A stretch of 64,000 nucleotides of DNA from Escherichia coli (GCF_050920415.1 NZ_CP169309.1), one strand, 5' to 3'; positions 39,454 to 54,925 are shown, counted from the first letter of the stretch. A program made the numbers and translations. The notes: generated by a model from the sequence alone, not told the origin.

Positions 39454-40788
39454 TCACTCTTCTGTCGTTTGCGGTGGTACGCCTGTTCCGCTTGGTTTGC
39501 GTCGCTTACCAATATTTTTGGTATCGCGATGGCGTTTTTTCACCCGTGGCTTCTCTTTCTCTTTAGCCTTTTTCTTCTCGGCGCGTTTTGCCAGTACTTT
39601 CTTCGATGGCTTGCCGGTCTGCTTCTCGCTTGGCGCACGCGTTTTCGGGCGTAACTCATCAATTACGCGAGCTTTAATTGGCTCTTCAATATAACGGCCT
39701 ACTTTGCCCAGCAGCAGATGGTCATGAGCTTCAACCAGTGAAATCGCGGTTCCCTTACGACCAGCGCGAGCAGTACGTCCGATACGGTGTAAATAAGTAT
39801 CGCCACTGCGTGGCATATCGAAGTTAAAGACATGGCTGACATCCGGAATGTCGATACCGCGCGCGGCAACATCAGTGGCAACCAGTACGTTAACGCGACC
39901 TTCGGTCAGACGCTTGATCGCTTCGTTACGCTTGCCTTGTACCATCTCACCTTCGAGATAGCAGTTGTTGATGCCCGCTTCGCGCAGCCAGTTTGCCAAC
40001 TCATGCACACGCTCACGCTTACGCACAAATACAATTGAGCGGGTCGCTTCCGGTTGTTTTAACAGATGCACCAGTAATGCGGTTTTATGTTCCAGGTCAT
40101 CAGCGCGGTAATACCACTGATGAATCTTTTTGCGCTCACGGGTGGATGGATTCGCAGAAACTTCCACCGGATCTTCAAGCAGACGCTCGGCAAAATCCTG
40201 AATGGCATCGCCTTCAAGCGTTGCCGAGAAGAACAGAGTCTGTTTACGCCAGCGCGTTTCGCCCGCAATATGTTCGATATCCTGAGCAAAACCCATATCC
40301 AGCATTCGGTCTGCTTCGTCGAGGATCAGCGTTTCAACCGCGCGGCAATCGAAGTTCTCTTCTTTTATGTATTGCAGCAGACGTCCGGTCGTGGCAACCA
40401 CGATATCCTGGTTTTCGCTGAATACTTCCGCGTGGTTCATATAGGCTACGCCGCCGGTGATGGTGGCGATATCCAGATGCGTATGTTTCGCCAGTTCGCG
40501 GGCATGATCGGCCACCTGCATCGCCAATTCGCGAGTCGGGGTGAGGATCAAAATACGCGGCGGACCGGATTTCTTACGGGGAAAATCGAGCAGGTGCTGC
40601 AACGCTGGCAGCAGATACGCCGCCGTTTTACCGGTGCCTGTCGGCGCAGAACCGAGTACATCACGGCCATCGAGCGCAGGCGGAATGGCGGCAGCCTGAA
40701 TGGCGGTCGGGCGAGTGAAACCTTTATCCTGGAGGGCTTCCAGCAGGCTTTCGTCGAGTTCAAGTTCGGAAAAAGTCGTTACAGTCAT
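39454..40788 (-). CDS. srmB: DEAD-box RNA helicase SrmB
   Basis: 444-aa ORF with DEAD and SAT motifs and Lys/Arg-rich C-terminal tail. Confidence 0.95.
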   Translation of the reverse strand: MTVTTFSELELDESLLEALQDKGFTRPTAIQAAAIPPALDGRDVLGSAPTGTGKTAAYLLPALQHLLDFPRKKSGPPRILILTPTRELAMQVADHARELAKHTHLDIATITGGVAYMNHAEVFSENQDIVVATTGRLLQYIKEENFDCRAVETLILDEADRMLDMGFAQDIEHIAGETRWRKQTLFFSATLEGDAIQDFAERLLEDPVEVSANPSTRERKKIHQWYYRADDLEHKTALLVHLLKQPEATRSIVFVRKRERVHELANWLREAGINNCYLEGEMVQGKRNEAIKRLTEGRVNVLVATDVAARGIDIPDVSHVFNFDMPRSGDTYLHRIGRTARAGRKGTAISLVEAHDHLLLGKVGRYIEEPIKARVIDELRPKTRAPSEKQTGKPSKKVLAKRAEKKKAKEKEKPRVKKRHRDTKNIGKRRKPSGTGVPPQTTEE

Positions 40789-40919
40789 GTTCTACCTCTG
40801 TGTGGGGCGCTGATTATAGACGTTACGGCTGCAATCTTCATCTGTTTGTATGGATATCGCTTCTCGGGTATTGTTCTCACCCGGTGCTATCGCCGTTTTT
40901 CCTGCAAGGTTTTATTTTC

Positions 40920-41657
40920 ATGTCACAGTCTACATCCGTGCTTCGTCGTAATGGATTTACTTTTAAACAGTTTTTTGTTGCTCACGATCGCTGTGCGATG
41001 AAAGTGGGAACGGATGGCATTTTGCTGGGCGCATGGGCACCGGTGGCTGGGGTAAAACGTTGCCTTGATATCGGCGCGGGTAGCGGGTTGCTGGCATTAA
41101 TGCTGGCGCAGCGAACCGATGACAGCGTGATGATTGATGCCGTTGAACTGGAAGGTGAAGCTGCGACTCAGGCGCAGGAAAATATCAACCAGTCCCCTTG
41201 GGCAGAGCGGATTAATATCTATCCGGCGGATATTCAGCAGTGGATCACCCAGCAGACAGCACGCTTTGATTTAATCATCAGTAACCCGCCTTATTATCAG
41301 CAGGGCGTTGAGTGCGCTACGCCGCAGAGGGAACAGGCACGCTATACCACTACGCTTGATCATCAATCGTTGCTAACCTGCGCGGCGGAGTGCATTACTG
41401 AAGAGGGATTTTTTTGCGTGGTGTTGCCAGAGCAGATTGGTAATGGTTTTACTGAACTGGCATTAAGAATGGGCTGGCATTTACGTTTACGGACGGATGT
41501 GGCGGAAAACGAAACGCGACAGCCGCATCGGGTGCTGCTGGCATTCTCCCCACAGGCGGGAGAATGCTATAGCGATCGCTTAGTGATTCGTGGGCCAGAC
41601 CAGAGCTATTCCGAAGCGTACACTGCGCTGACCCAGGCTTTTTATTTGTTTATGTAA
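40920..41657 (+). CDS. trmN6: tRNA1(Val) adenine37-N6 methyltransferase (YfiC/TrmN6)
   Basis: [41 protein letters not shown]...NPPY motif; ORF track starts 120 nt upstream. Confidence 0.9.
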   Translation: MSQSTSVLRRNGFTFKQFFVAHDRCAMKVGTDGILLGAWAPVAGVKRCLDIGAGSGLLALMLAQRTDDSVMIDAVELEGEAATQAQENINQSPWAERINIYPADIQQWITQQTARFDLIISNPPYYQQGVECATPQREQARYTTTLDHQSLLTCAAECITEEGFFCVVLPEQIGNGFTELALRMGWHLRLRTDVAENETRQPHRVLLAFSPQAGECYSDRLVIRGPDQSYSEAYTALTQAFYLFM

Positions 41658-43264
41658 AGGTTGTCGGGGGAAAGGATCGATGGGCCAGAGTGAGTGAGCA
41701 ACTCCGGGTAATCCAGCGTGAAATGCAGCCCCCGGCTCTCCTTGCGCACCATCGCACAGCGAACAATCAACTCGGCAACCTGTACCAGATTACGCAGCTC
41801 CAGCAAATTATTTGATACGCGGAAATGGGCGTAATATTCGTCTATTTCCTGCTGAAGCATATTGATCCGCCGCAGGGCGCGTTCCAGACGTTTCGTTGTG
41901 CGCACAATGCCGACGTAATCCCACATAAACAGACGTAGCTCGTGCCAGTTATGTTGAATCACCACCAGTTCGTCAGGGTTCTCAACACGGCTTTCATCCC
42001 ACGGCGGTAACGTACTGACGTCGTGGGCATAAGGCATACGCCTGGTAATATCCTCCGCCGCCGACCAGCCGTAAACCAGACACTCCAGTAATGAATTTGA
42101 GGCCATGCGGTTAGCGCCGTGTAAGCCGGTATAACTCACTTCGCCAATGGCGTACAAACCTTCGACGTCCGTACGCCCATGATCATCAACCATTACACCA
42201 CCGCAGGTATAGTGTGCAGCAGGCACAATCGGCACAGGGCCTTTCGTGAGATCAATCCCCAGTCCCAATAACTTTTCATAAATCATCGGGAAATGCTGAC
42301 GAATAAAATCGGCAGGCTTATGGCTGATGTCGAGATACATACAATCCGCACCGAGGCGTTTCATTTCATGATCAATAGCGCGGGCGACAATATCGCGCGG
42401 GGCCAGTTCGCCGCGCTCATCGAAATCGGGCATAAAACGCGTGCCATCCGGGCGCTTGAGATAAGCACCTTCGCCGCGCAGTGCTTCCGTTAACAGGAAA
42501 TTTCGTGCCTGTGGGTGATAGAGCGCGGTAGGGTGAAACTGATTAAATTCGAGATTGGCGACCCGGCAGCCCGCGCGCCACGCCATAGCAATGCCATCGC
42601 CAGAAGAAATATCCGGATTGGTGGTGTACTGATAAACCTTCGACGCACCGCCGGTTGCCAGCACAACCGCTTTTGCGTGGCAGGTTTCAACCGTTTCTTT
42701 ATTTCGGTTCCATACCCACGCGCCTACAACTCGTCGCGTGCCCGGCAGGCCAATTTTGTCAGAGACAATCAGATCAACCGCGTTGCTGCGCTCCAGCACG
42801 CGAATATTCGGATGGTTCTGCGCCTTGCTCACTAGGGTGGTTTCTACTTCTTTACCGGTGGCGTCCGCAGCATGAAGAATTCGTCGGTGACTATGTCCAC
42901 CTTCACGGGTCAAATGGTAACTTTCTTCGCCATTCGATTGAACGTGGGTATCAAACAACACCCCCTGGTCGATTAACCATTGCACACAGGAACGCGCATT
43001 GCTGGCGACAAATTCAACTGCATGGCGATCACAAATACCAGCACCGGCTATCATTGTGTCTTCCACATGCGAATCAATGCTGTCAGTTTCATCAAACACG
43101 GCGGCAATTCCGCCCTGGGCATAAAATGTTGAACCTTCCGTGACTGGGCCTTTACTTAGAACGATGACATGATGCCGATCAGCCAGACGTAGCGCCAGTG
43201 AAAGCCCGGCAGCGCCGCTACCGATAATCAACACGTCACATGAATGTTCAGGGAGAGTATTCAT
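41642..43264 (-). CDS. nadB: L-aspartate oxidase
   Basis: 540-aa [59 protein letters not shown]... Confidence 0.97.
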   Translation of the reverse strand: MNTLPEHSCDVLIIGSGAAGLSLALRLADRHHVIVLSKGPVTEGSTFYAQGGIAAVFDETDSIDSHVEDTMIAGAGICDRHAVEFVASNARSCVQWLIDQGVLFDTHVQSNGEESYHLTREGGHSHRRILHAADATGKEVETTLVSKAQNHPNIRVLERSNAVDLIVSDKIGLPGTRRVVGAWVWNRNKETVETCHAKAVVLATGGASKVYQYTTNPDISSGDGIAMAWRAGCRVANLEFNQFHPTALYHPQARNFLLTEALRGEGAYLKRPDGTRFMPDFDERGELAPRDIVARAIDHEMKRLGADCMYLDISHKPADFIRQHFPMIYEKLLGLGIDLTKGPVPIVPAAHYTCGGVMVDDHGRTDVEGLYAIGEVSYTGLHGANRMASNSLLECLVYGWSAAEDITRRMPYAHDVSTLPPWDESRVENPDELVVIQHNWHELRLFMWDYVGIVRTTKRLERALRRINMLQQEIDEYYAHFRVSNNLLELRNLVQVAELIVRCAMVRKESRGLHFTLDYPELLTHSGPSILSPDNLYINK

Positions 43265-43561
43265 TTTCTTTGTTTAATTTACTAAACACGGTTTGGTCAG
43301 CATAGCATCATGTTGTGCGATTAAACACCTGCTATTTTAATTTTTGTTACAGAGGCTAAACAGACCGAATCACGGCGACGAGAAAACGAGAAGTTACTGG
43401 CTGGCGAAGGATTAGGTGGTGAAATAAAAAGGCCGTTGGGTTACTCTTCAGGCAGTTAAATGGGCATTTCTACACAGATAATGCGATGTTCAGATTCTGT
43501 AGACTTATAATGATAGATAATGATCCGTCTACAGCATGACAAACAAAAACAGATGCGTTAC

Positions 43562-43589
43562 GGAACTTTACAAAAACGAGACACTCTAA
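43562..43589 (+). promoter_or_regulatory. rpoE: sigmaE-dependent rpoE P2 promoter
   Basis: GGAACTT 43562-43568, 16-bp spacer, TCTAA 43585-43589; matches the sigmaE consensus. Confidence 0.6.
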
Positions 43590-43671
43590 CCCTTTGCTTG
43601 CTCAAATTGCAGCTAATGGAGTGGCGTTTCGATAGCGCGTGGAAATTTGGTTTGGGGAGACTTTACCTCGG

Positions 43672-44247
43672 ATGAGCGAGCAGTTAACGGACCAGGTCCT
43701 GGTTGAACGGGTCCAGAAGGGAGATCAGAAAGCCTTTAACTTACTGGTAGTGCGCTATCAGCATAAAGTGGCGAGTCTGGTTTCCCGCTATGTGCCGTCG
43801 GGTGATGTTCCCGATGTGGTACAAGAAGCTTTTATTAAAGCCTATCGTGCGCTGGATTCGTTCCGGGGAGATAGCGCTTTTTATACATGGCTGTATCGGA
43901 TTGCTGTAAATACAGCGAAAAATTACCTGGTTGCTCAGGGACGCCGTCCACCTTCCAGTGATGTGGATGCCATTGAAGCTGAAAACTTCGAAAGTGGCGG
44001 CGCGTTGAAAGAAATTTCGAACCCTGAGAACTTAATGTTGTCAGAAGAACTGAGACAGATAGTTTTCCGAACTATTGAGTCCCTCCCGGAAGATTTACGC
44101 ATGGCAATAACCTTGCGGGAGCTGGATGGCCTGAGCTATGAAGAGATAGCCGCTATCATGGATTGTCCGGTAGGTACGGTGCGTTCACGTATCTTCCGAG
44201 CGAGGGAAGCTATTGATAACAAAGTTCAACCGCTTATCAGGCGTTGA
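43672..44247 (+). CDS. rpoE: RNA polymerase sigma-E (sigma-24)
   Basis: 191 aa MSEQLTDQVLVERVQKGDQKAFNLLVVRYQHKVASLVSRYV...; ORF track starts 33 nt upstream. Confidence 0.97.
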   Translation: MSEQLTDQVLVERVQKGDQKAFNLLVVRYQHKVASLVSRYVPSGDVPDVVQEAFIKAYRALDSFRGDSAFYTWLYRIAVNTAKNYLVAQGRRPPSSDVDAIEAENFESGGALKEISNPENLMLSEELRQIVFRTIESLPEDLRMAITLRELDGLSYEEIAAIMDCPVGTVRSRIFRAREAIDNKVQPLIRR

Positions 44248-44279
44248 CGATAGCGGGATACTGGATAAGGGTATTAGGC

Positions 44280-44930
44280 ATGCAGAAAGAACAACTTTCC
44301 GCTTTAATGGATGGCGAAACGCTGGATAGTGAGCTGCTTAACGAACTGGCTCATAACCCAGAAATGCAGAAAACCTGGGAAAGCTATCACTTAATCCGTG
44401 ACTCAATGCGGGGTGATACTCCCGAGGTGCTCCATTTCGATATCTCTTCACGCGTAATGGCCGCCATTGAAGAAGAGCCAGTACGTCAACCGGCGACACT
44501 GATCCCAGAGGCCCAGCCTGCGCCGCATCAATGGCAGAAAATGCCATTCTGGCAGAAAGTACGTCCATGGGCTGCACAGCTTACCCAAATGGGCGTAGCA
44601 GCATGCGTATCGCTTGCAGTTATCGTTGGCGTCCAGCACTATAATGGGCAATCTGAAACGTCCCAGCAGCCCGAAACGCCAGTATTTAATACACTGCCGA
44701 TGATGGGTAAAGCCAGCCCGGTTAGCCTGGGAGTACCTTCTGAAGCGACTGCAAATAATGGTCAACAGCAGCAGGTACAGGAGCAGCGTCGTCGCATTAA
44801 TGCTATGTTGCAGGATTACGAACTGCAACGTCGACTCCACTCTGAACAGCTTCAGTTTGAGCAGGCCCAAACCCAGCAAGCCGCTGTACAGGTGCCAGGA
44901 ATTCAAACTTTAGGAACGCAATCGCAGTAA
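44280..44930 (+). CDS. rseA: Anti-sigma-E factor RseA
   Basis: 216 aa MQKEQLSALMDGETLDSELLNELAHNPEMQKTWESYHLIRDSMRGD... Confidence 0.95.
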   Translation: MQKEQLSALMDGETLDSELLNELAHNPEMQKTWESYHLIRDSMRGDTPEVLHFDISSRVMAAIEEEPVRQPATLIPEAQPAPHQWQKMPFWQKVRPWAAQLTQMGVAACVSLAVIVGVQHYNGQSETSQQPETPVFNTLPMMGKASPVSLGVPSEATANNGQQQQVQEQRRRINAMLQDYELQRRLHSEQLQFEQAQTQQAAVQVPGIQTLGTQSQ

Positions 44931-45886
44931 TGAAGCAACTTTGGTTTGCCATGTCATTAGTGACAGGTAGCCTGTTATTCTCTGCTAACGCCTCGGCCAC
45001 TCCCGCGTCCGGGGCGTTATTACAGCAGATGAACCTGGCCAGTCAGTCACTGAATTACGAGCTGTCATTCATCAGCATCAATAAACAGGGTGTTGAGTCT
45101 CTGCGTTATCGACATGCACGCCTCGATAACCGTCCTCTTGCACAATTGTTGCAAATGGATGGCCCGCGCCGGGAAGTGGTACAGCGCGGCAATGAAATCA
45201 GCTACTTTGAACCGGGCCTTGAACCGTTCACGCTTAATGGCGATTACATTGTTGATTCTCTGCCATCGCTCATCTATACCGATTTCAAACGCCTTTCTCC
45301 TTACTACGACTTTATCTCCGTGGGACGCACGCGTATTGCTGATCGTCTTTGCGAAGTCATTCGCGTGGTGGCCCGTGATGGCACACGCTACAGCTACATC
45401 GTGTGGATGGACACCGAATCGAAATTACCGATGCGGGTTGATCTCCTTGATCGCGATGGTGAAACGCTGGAACAATTTCGCGTGATTGCTTTTAACGTTA
45501 ATCAGGATATCAGCAGCAGTATGCAGACGCTGGCGAAAGCAAATCTGCCGCCGCTGCTTTCTGTTCCTGTAGGTGAAAAAGCTAAATTCAGCTGGACGCC
45601 AACCTGGTTGCCACAGGGGTTTAGTGAGGTTTCCAGCAGCCGACGTCCGTTACCGACGATGGACAACATGCCTATCGAATCACGTCTCTATTCCGACGGA
45701 TTATTCAGCTTCTCGGTAAACGTTAACCGCGCTACGCCATCGAGCACCGATCAGATGTTGCGCACCGGACGCAGAACCGTCAGTACAAGCGTACGTGATA
45801 ACGCCGAAATCACCATTGTCGGCGAACTGCCGCCGCAAACGGCGAAACGCATTGCCGAGAATATTAAGTTCGGGGCAGCGCAATGA
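44930..45886 (+). CDS. rseB: Sigma-E regulatory protein RseB
   Basis: 318-aa ORF with signal peptide; start overlaps rseA stop. Confidence 0.95.
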   Translation: MKQLWFAMSLVTGSLLFSANASATPASGALLQQMNLASQSLNYELSFISINKQGVESLRYRHARLDNRPLAQLLQMDGPRREVVQRGNEISYFEPGLEPFTLNGDYIVDSLPSLIYTDFKRLSPYYDFISVGRTRIADRLCEVIRVVARDGTRYSYIVWMDTESKLPMRVDLLDRDGETLEQFRVIAFNVNQDISSSMQTLAKANLPPLLSVPVGEKAKFSWTPTWLPQGFSEVSSSRRPLPTMDNMPIESRLYSDGLFSFSVNVNRATPSSTDQMLRTGRRTVSTSVRDNAEITIVGELPPQTAKRIAENIKFGAAQ

Positions 45887-46362
45887 TCAAAGAGTGGGCT
45901 ACGGTCGTCTCCTGGCAAAACGGGCAGGCGCTGGTCAGTTGTGATGTTAAAGCCTCATGCAGCAGCTGTGCTTCTCGTGTCGGTTGCGGTAGCCGCGTGC
46001 TGAATAAACTTGGCCCACAAACCACGCATACCATTGTCGTACCCTGTGATGAACCGTTAGTGCCGGGGCAAAAAGTGGAATTAGGAATCGCCGAGGGCAG
46101 CCTGCTTAGCTCCGCATTACTGGTTTATATGTCGCCGTTGGTGGGATTATTCCTCATCGCTTCGTTATTTCAGCTACTCTTTGCTTCAGATATTGCAGCA
46201 TTATGCGGTGCGATTCTCGGCGGCGTTGGTGGATTCCTGATTGCACGCGGCTACTCGCGAAAGTTTGCTGCCCGGGCGGAATGGCAACCGATCATCTTAA
46301 GCGTGGCATTGCCGCCAGGCCTTGTGCGATTTGAAACATCTTCGGAAGACGCGAGCCAGTGA
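45883..46362 (+). CDS. rseC: RseC (SoxR-reducing system family)
   Basis: 159-aa ORF; start overlaps rseB stop; last gene of rpoE operon. Confidence 0.93.
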   Translation: MIKEWATVVSWQNGQALVSCDVKASCSSCASRVGCGSRVLNKLGPQTTHTIVVPCDEPLVPGQKVELGIAEGSLLSSALLVYMSPLVGLFLIASLFQLLFASDIAALCGAILGGVGGFLIARGYSRKFAARAEWQPIILSVALPPGLVRFETSSEDASQ

Positions 46363-46559
46363 TTTCACTGGCTTTGTTGCATTTTGCATAACAAATGCGA
46401 GGACGTTTCCAGATACCACAATCCATACCGTATGAACATTTCCTCGCCTCAATGTTGTAGTGTAGAATGCGGCGTTTCTATTAATACAGACGTTAAGCTC
46501 AGAACAGCGACTTCTAAAAGCCTGGTTAACCGGGCATTAAGGCACAATAATCATACTTT

Positions 46560-48359
<1,800 letters not shown>

Positions 48360-48374
48360 CCCTTAGGAGTTGGC

Positions 48375-49349
48375 ATGGCGAATATGTTTGCCCTCATTCT
48401 GGTGATTGCCACACTGGTGACGGGCATTTTATGGTGCGTGGATAAATTCTTTTTCGCACCTAAGCGACGGGAACGTCAGGCAGCGGCTCAAGCGGCTGCT
48501 GGTGACTCACTGGATAAAGCAACGCTGAAAAAAGTTGCGCCGAAGCCAGGTTGGCTGGAAACCGGGGCTTCTGTTTTTCCGGTGCTGGCTATTGTATTGA
48601 TTGTGCGTTCGTTTATTTATGAACCGTTCCAAATCCCGTCAGGTTCGATGATGCCGACTCTGTTAATCGGTGACTTTATTCTGGTAGAAAAGTTTGCTTA
48701 CGGCATTAAAGATCCTATCTACCAGAAAACGCTGATCGAAACCGGTCATCCGAAACGTGGCGATATCGTGGTCTTTAAATACCCGGAAGATCCAAAGCTT
48801 GATTACATCAAGCGTGCGGTGGGTTTACCGGGCGATAAAGTCACTTACGATCCGGTTTCAAAAGAGCTGACGATTCAGCCGGGATGCAGTTCCGGTCAGG
48901 CGTGTGAAAACGCGCTGCCGGTCACCTACTCAAACGTGGAACCGAGCGATTTCGTTCAGACCTTCTCGCGCCGTAATGGTGGGGAAGCAACCAGCGGATT
49001 CTTTGAAGTGCCGAAAAACGAAACCAAAGAAAATGGAATTCGTCTTTCCGAGCGTAAAGAGACTCTGGGTGATGTGACGCACCGTATTCTGACAGTGCCG
49101 ATTGCGCAGGATCAGGTGGGGATGTATTACCAGCAGCCAGGGCAACAACTGGCAACCTGGATTGTTCCACCGGGCCAATACTTCATGATGGGTGACAACC
49201 GTGACAACAGCGCGGACAGCCGTTACTGGGGCTTTGTGCCGGAAGCGAATCTGGTAGGTCGGGCAACGGCTATCTGGATGAGTTTCGATAAGCAAGAAGG
49301 CGAATGGCCGACTGGTGTGCGCTTAAGTCGTATTGGCGGCATCCATTAA
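48375..49349 (+). CDS. lepB: Signal peptidase I
   Basis: 324-aa ORF with catalytic Ser context SGSMMPTL. Confidence 0.97.
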   Translation: MANMFALILVIATLVTGILWCVDKFFFAPKRRERQAAAQAAAGDSLDKATLKKVAPKPGWLETGASVFPVLAIVLIVRSFIYEPFQIPSGSMMPTLLIGDFILVEKFAYGIKDPIYQKTLIETGHPKRGDIVVFKYPEDPKLDYIKRAVGLPGDKVTYDPVSKELTIQPGCSSGQACENALPVTYSNVEPSDFVQTFSRRNGGEATSGFFEVPKNETKENGIRLSERKETLGDVTHRILTVPIAQDQVGMYYQQPGQQLATWIVPPGQYFMMGDNRDNSADSRYWGFVPEANLVGRATAIWMSFDKQEGEWPTGVRLSRIGGIH

Positions 49350-49362
49350 TAGCTTATCTTCG

Positions 49363-49395
49363 TTCACGTTGTCGCCGTTATGGCGACAACGTGAA
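49363..49395 (+). terminator. Perfect 14-bp-stem hairpin downstream of lepB (lepB terminator / rnc leader region)
   Basis: ttcacgttgtcgcc-gttat-ggcgacaacgtgaa followed by ttatttat. Confidence 0.5.
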
Positions 49396-49591
49396 TTATT
49401 TATGAGATAAATCTCCCGTGGCTAACGACATCCCCCGTCGTTGTGTATAGAATATTCCCCCGAAGTTTAAGGTTGGCACCTCCAGGTTGCCACGGCACAC
49501 GAAACAGCGTTGGTCCCCATATACCGGTAAACTGAAACTGCAGCGAAGCAGTTAGCAGAGCCATGTATATCAGGTCTGTTTCGTGTGCTGA

Positions 49592-51204
<1,613 letters not shown>

Positions 51205-51215
51205 GAGTTACTCCG

Positions 51216-51944
51216 ATGGAAGGCTGGCAGCGCGCATTTGTCCTGCATAGTCGCCCGTGGAGCGAAACCAGCCTGATGCTGGACGTCTTCACGGAGGAAT
51301 CGGGTCGCGTGCGTCTGGTTGCCAAAGGCGCACGCTCTAAACGCTCTACTCTGAAAGGTGCATTACAGCCTTTCACCCCTCTCTTGCTACGTTTTGGCGG
51401 GCGTGGCGAAGTCAAAACGCTGCGCAGTGCTGAAGCTGTCTCGCTGGCGCTGCCATTAAGCGGTATCACCCTTTACAGTGGTTTGTACATTAACGAACTT
51501 CTCTCCCGCGTGCTGGAATACGAGACGCGCTTCTCTGAACTCTTTTTCGATTACTTGCACTGCATTCAGTCTCTTGCAGGTGCCACTGGTACGCCAGAAC
51601 CCGCGCTGCGCCGCTTTGAACTGGCACTGCTCGGGCATCTGGGCTATGGCGTCAATTTTACCCATTGTGCGGGTAGCGGCGAGCCGGTAGATGACACCAT
51701 GACGTATCGTTATCGCGAAGAAAAAGGGTTTATCGCAAGTGTCGTTATCGATAATAAAACGTTCACCGGAAGGCAGTTAAAAGCGTTAAACGCGCGGGAA
51801 TTTCCTGACGCAGACACACTGCGCGCCGCGAAACGCTTTACCCGCATGGCGCTAAAGCCGTATCTTGGCGGTAAACCATTAAAGAGCAGGGAACTGTTCC
51901 GGCAGTTTATGCCTAAGCGAACGGTGAAAACACATTATGAATGA
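51216..51944 (+). CDS. recO: DNA repair protein RecO
   Basis: 242-aa [44 protein letters not shown]... Confidence 0.95.
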
Positions 51945-51955
51945 TGAGGATTGTC

Positions 51956-52687
51956 ATGGCTGAATTACTGTTAGGCGTCAACATTGACCATATTGCAACG
52001 CTGCGTAACGCACGTGGTACTGCTTACCCGGATCCGGTGCAGGCGGCGTTTATTGCTGAGCAGGCGGGGGCGGATGGCATTACCGTGCATCTACGTGAAG
52101 ATCGTCGCCACATTACCGACCGCGACGTGCGCATCCTGCGTCAGACGCTGGATACCCGCATGAATCTGGAGATGGCGGTGACCGAAGAGATGCTGGCGAT
52201 CGCCGTTGAAATAAAGCCGCATTTTTGCTGCCTGGTACCTGAAAAGCGCCAGGAAGTCACAACCGAAGGTGGCCTGGACGTCGCAGGGCAGCGTGACAAA
52301 ATGCGCGATGCCTGTAAACGTCTGGCGGATGCCGGGATTCAGGTTTCTCTGTTTATCGACGCCGATGAAGAGCAGATCAAAGCCGCGGCAGAGGTTGGCG
52401 CACCGTTTATTGAGATCCACACCGGTTGCTATGCCGATGCCAAAACTGATGCCGAACAGGCGCAAGAGCTGGCGCGCATTACGAAAGCCGCGACCTTTGC
52501 GGCAAGCCTCGGTCTGAAAGTTAACGCTGGTCACGGTCTGACCTATCACAACGTGAAAGCCATTGCCGCCATCCCTGAGATGCATGAACTGAATATCGGT
52601 CATGCCATTATTGGTCGTGCAGTGATGACCGGACTGAAAGATGCGGTGGCAGAAATGAAGCGTTTGATGCTGGAAGCGCGTGGCTAA
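51956..52687 (+). CDS. pdxJ: Pyridoxine 5'-phosphate synthase
   Basis: 243 aa [53 protein letters not shown]... Confidence 0.95.
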   Translation: MAELLLGVNIDHIATLRNARGTAYPDPVQAAFIAEQAGADGITVHLREDRRHITDRDVRILRQTLDTRMNLEMAVTEEMLAIAVEIKPHFCCLVPEKRQEVTTEGGLDVAGQRDKMRDACKRLADAGIQVSLFIDADEEQIKAAAEVGAPFIEIHTGCYADAKTDAEQAQELARITKAATFAASLGLKVNAGHGLTYHNVKAIAAIPEMHELNIGHAIIGRAVMTGLKDAVAEMKRLMLEARG

Positions 52688-53067
52688 TGGCAATATTAGG
52701 TTTAGGTACGGATATTGTGGAGATCGCTCGCATTGAATCGGTGATCGCCCGATCCGGTGAGCGCCTGGCTCGCCGCGTATTAAGCGATAACGAATGGGAA
52801 ATCTGGAAAACGCACCACCAGCCAGTGCGTTTTCTGGCGAAACGCTTTGCCGTAAAAGAAGCCGCAGCAAAAGCGTTTGGCACCGGGATCCGCAATGGTC
52901 TGGCGTTTAATCAGTTTGAAGTATTTAACGATGAGCTTGGTAAGCCACGGCTGCGACTGTGGGGTGAGGCATTAAAACTGGCGGAAAAGCTCGGCGTTGT
53001 AAATATGCATGTAACGCTGGCAGATGAACGCCACTATGCTTGCGCCACGGTAATTATCGAAAGTTAA
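52687..53067 (+). CDS. acpS: Holo-[acyl-carrier-protein] synthase
   Basis: 126-aa [43 protein letters not shown]... Confidence 0.95.
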   Translation: MAILGLGTDIVEIARIESVIARSGERLARRVLSDNEWEIWKTHHQPVRFLAKRFAVKEAAAKAFGTGIRNGLAFNQFEVFNDELGKPRLRLWGEALKLAEKLGVVNMHVTLADERHYACATVIIES

Positions 53068-53082
53068 AATAATACCGTTCTC

Positions 53083-53166
53083 TTTAAAAAGTAAAACCCC
53101 CGAACTGGTAAGGAACGGGGGTTTTACTTTACAACTTTAATTTTGTGCAGCACGCACCCTCAATGA
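53083..53166 (-). ncRNA. ohsC: Putative OhsC antitoxin sRNA of the shoB/ohsC type I TA pair (boundaries approximate)
   Basis: Minus-strand unit ending at a strong terminator (hairpin 53091-53127 plus T-run) and containing the reverse complement of 53145-53164, which pairs with shoB 5' UTR segment 53393-53412 (19/20 plus one G-U); candidate -10 cataat upstream on minus strand. Confidence 0.45.
53091..53127. terminator. Bidirectional terminator shared by acpS and the putative ohsC
   Basis: 11-bp stem gtaaaaccccc/gggggttttac, 15-nt loop, T-runs on both strands. Confidence 0.6.
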
Positions 53167-53486
53167 GAGCGATTATGGATCAGTGTGGTTATCTTTTACA
53201 AGCAACTTGCAATCTTTAGTATAAAAACTCGAGCCTTGACGAAGAAATCGATATTGATGGAAAGATTAACGTGACCACCAATTCGTAAGTACATTAAAAT
53301 TGGCTTCGTTATTGGAGATTTTGCTGTGCTTTAAACCATATCACTGAATTCCCCCATTGAAACGAGTGGTGTCGTCAAAGCTCTGGTGTGGAGTGCAGCA
53401 TGCACCCTCAATAACTCGCACGTTCAGATTTGGGGAGATGTAAGGGCTAATCTTAACGGCTGCATTCCTTGTTTAAGGAAAAACGA

Positions 53487-53567
53487 ATGACTGATTGCCG
53501 ATACCTGATTAAACGGGTCATTAAAGTCGTCATTGCTGTTTTACAGCTGATCCTTCTGTTCTTGTAA
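53487..53567 (+). CDS. shoB: Type I toxin ShoB, 26-aa hydrophobic peptide
   Basis: atgactgattgccgatacctgattaaacgggtcattaaagtcgtcattgctgttttacagctgatccttctgttcttgtaa = MTDCRYLIKRVIKVVIAVLQLILLFL; too short for the ORF track. Confidence 0.85.
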   Translation: MTDCRYLIKRVIKVVIAVLQLILLFL

Positions 53568-53760
53568 CACCAGGAAACGTACTTAAGGCGCGTCAGGTTA
53601 ACCAGCCAGGCGCGCCTTTAATAATTAGACGTAAGTGTCGGCGTATATATTATCGGAATTCATTTAATGAATATATTCATTAATGATATTATGGAAATTA
53701 ATATATAACTTTCGCTTTTATACGAGCAAATAAGTAATATCCTGTTCATAGAGCAAAATA

Positions 53761-54057
<297 letters not shown>

Positions 54058-54076
54058 TTATACGCGCATTCTTTAC

Positions 54077-54925
54077 TCAAACCAGTTTTTTCACCAGCGC
54101 TTCACTATGACGAATACGTTCTGGTGCCAGTTCCAGATCCTGCTGAATCAGCGCAATGAACAGTAAATCCGTTAACATTCCCTGAGCGTGACAAGCAGAG
54201 ATTGAAGCACTGTTTGTCGCTTGTTCTTCGGCAATGGTATACAGGCAGTGAGAAGCGCGTTGTTGCAGGGCATTGGGAGTAAAGCCGGTAATCGCCAGTA
54301 CTTTTCCGCCCACTCGCAGCATCTCATCTGCCGCCAGGTTTAACTCGCGTCGTACACCAGTGTAGGAAATGGCTAATAACAGATCGTCAGGGGACGACGC
54401 CTGGACTGTGGCGAGTAGCGCATGCATATCGCGCACTGCGGCGGCATTGAAGCCAATCTTCATCAGCTTCCAGGCAAAGTTTTGCGCCACCAGACCCGAA
54501 GCGCCAATACCGGTCAGAATTATCCGCCGTGCAGAGCGCAACATTGTTACGCATTCATGCAGTTTCTCTTCACTATTAACATTTAGCGTTGCGTACATAG
54601 CGGCAGTATTTTCTTTAATCAGTTTTTCGCCGACCAGCCGTAACGGATCATCACCGCGGATTTGGTTATGAATGGGCACGGAGGGAGATTCCGGCTGGCT
54701 TGCCAGCGCTTCACTCAACGCCAACTTAAGTGCCGGAAAACCTTTATAGCCGAGTTTTTGCGCGAACTTCACGACGCTGGACTGACTGACTCCGGCTTCG
54801 TTGGCCAGTTGCTGAGAGCTTAAATGGCGCGCCGTATCAGGTTGTAGTAGCAAATAGTCCGCCAGTTTTTTATCACTCTGGGCAAGCCCCTGGTAACGCT
54901 GACGGATACGAAGTAAGCCGTTCAT
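54077..54925 (-). CDS. yfhH: RpiR/MurR-family transcriptional regulator YfhH (HTH + SIS domain)
   Basis: MNGLLRIRQRYQGLAQSDKKLADYLLLQPDTARHLSSQQLANEAGVSQSSVVKFAQKLGYKGF...; ORF track starts 72 nt upstream. Confidence 0.88.
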   Translation of the reverse strand: MNGLLRIRQRYQGLAQSDKKLADYLLLQPDTARHLSSQQLANEAGVSQSSVVKFAQKLGYKGFPALKLALSEALASQPESPSVPIHNQIRGDDPLRLVGEKLIKENTAAMYATLNVNSEEKLHECVTMLRSARRIILTGIGASGLVAQNFAWKLMKIGFNAAAVRDMHALLATVQASSPDDLLLAISYTGVRRELNLAADEMLRVGGKVLAITGFTPNALQQRASHCLYTIAEEQATNSASISACHAQGMLTDLLFIALIQQDLELAPERIRHSEALVKKLV

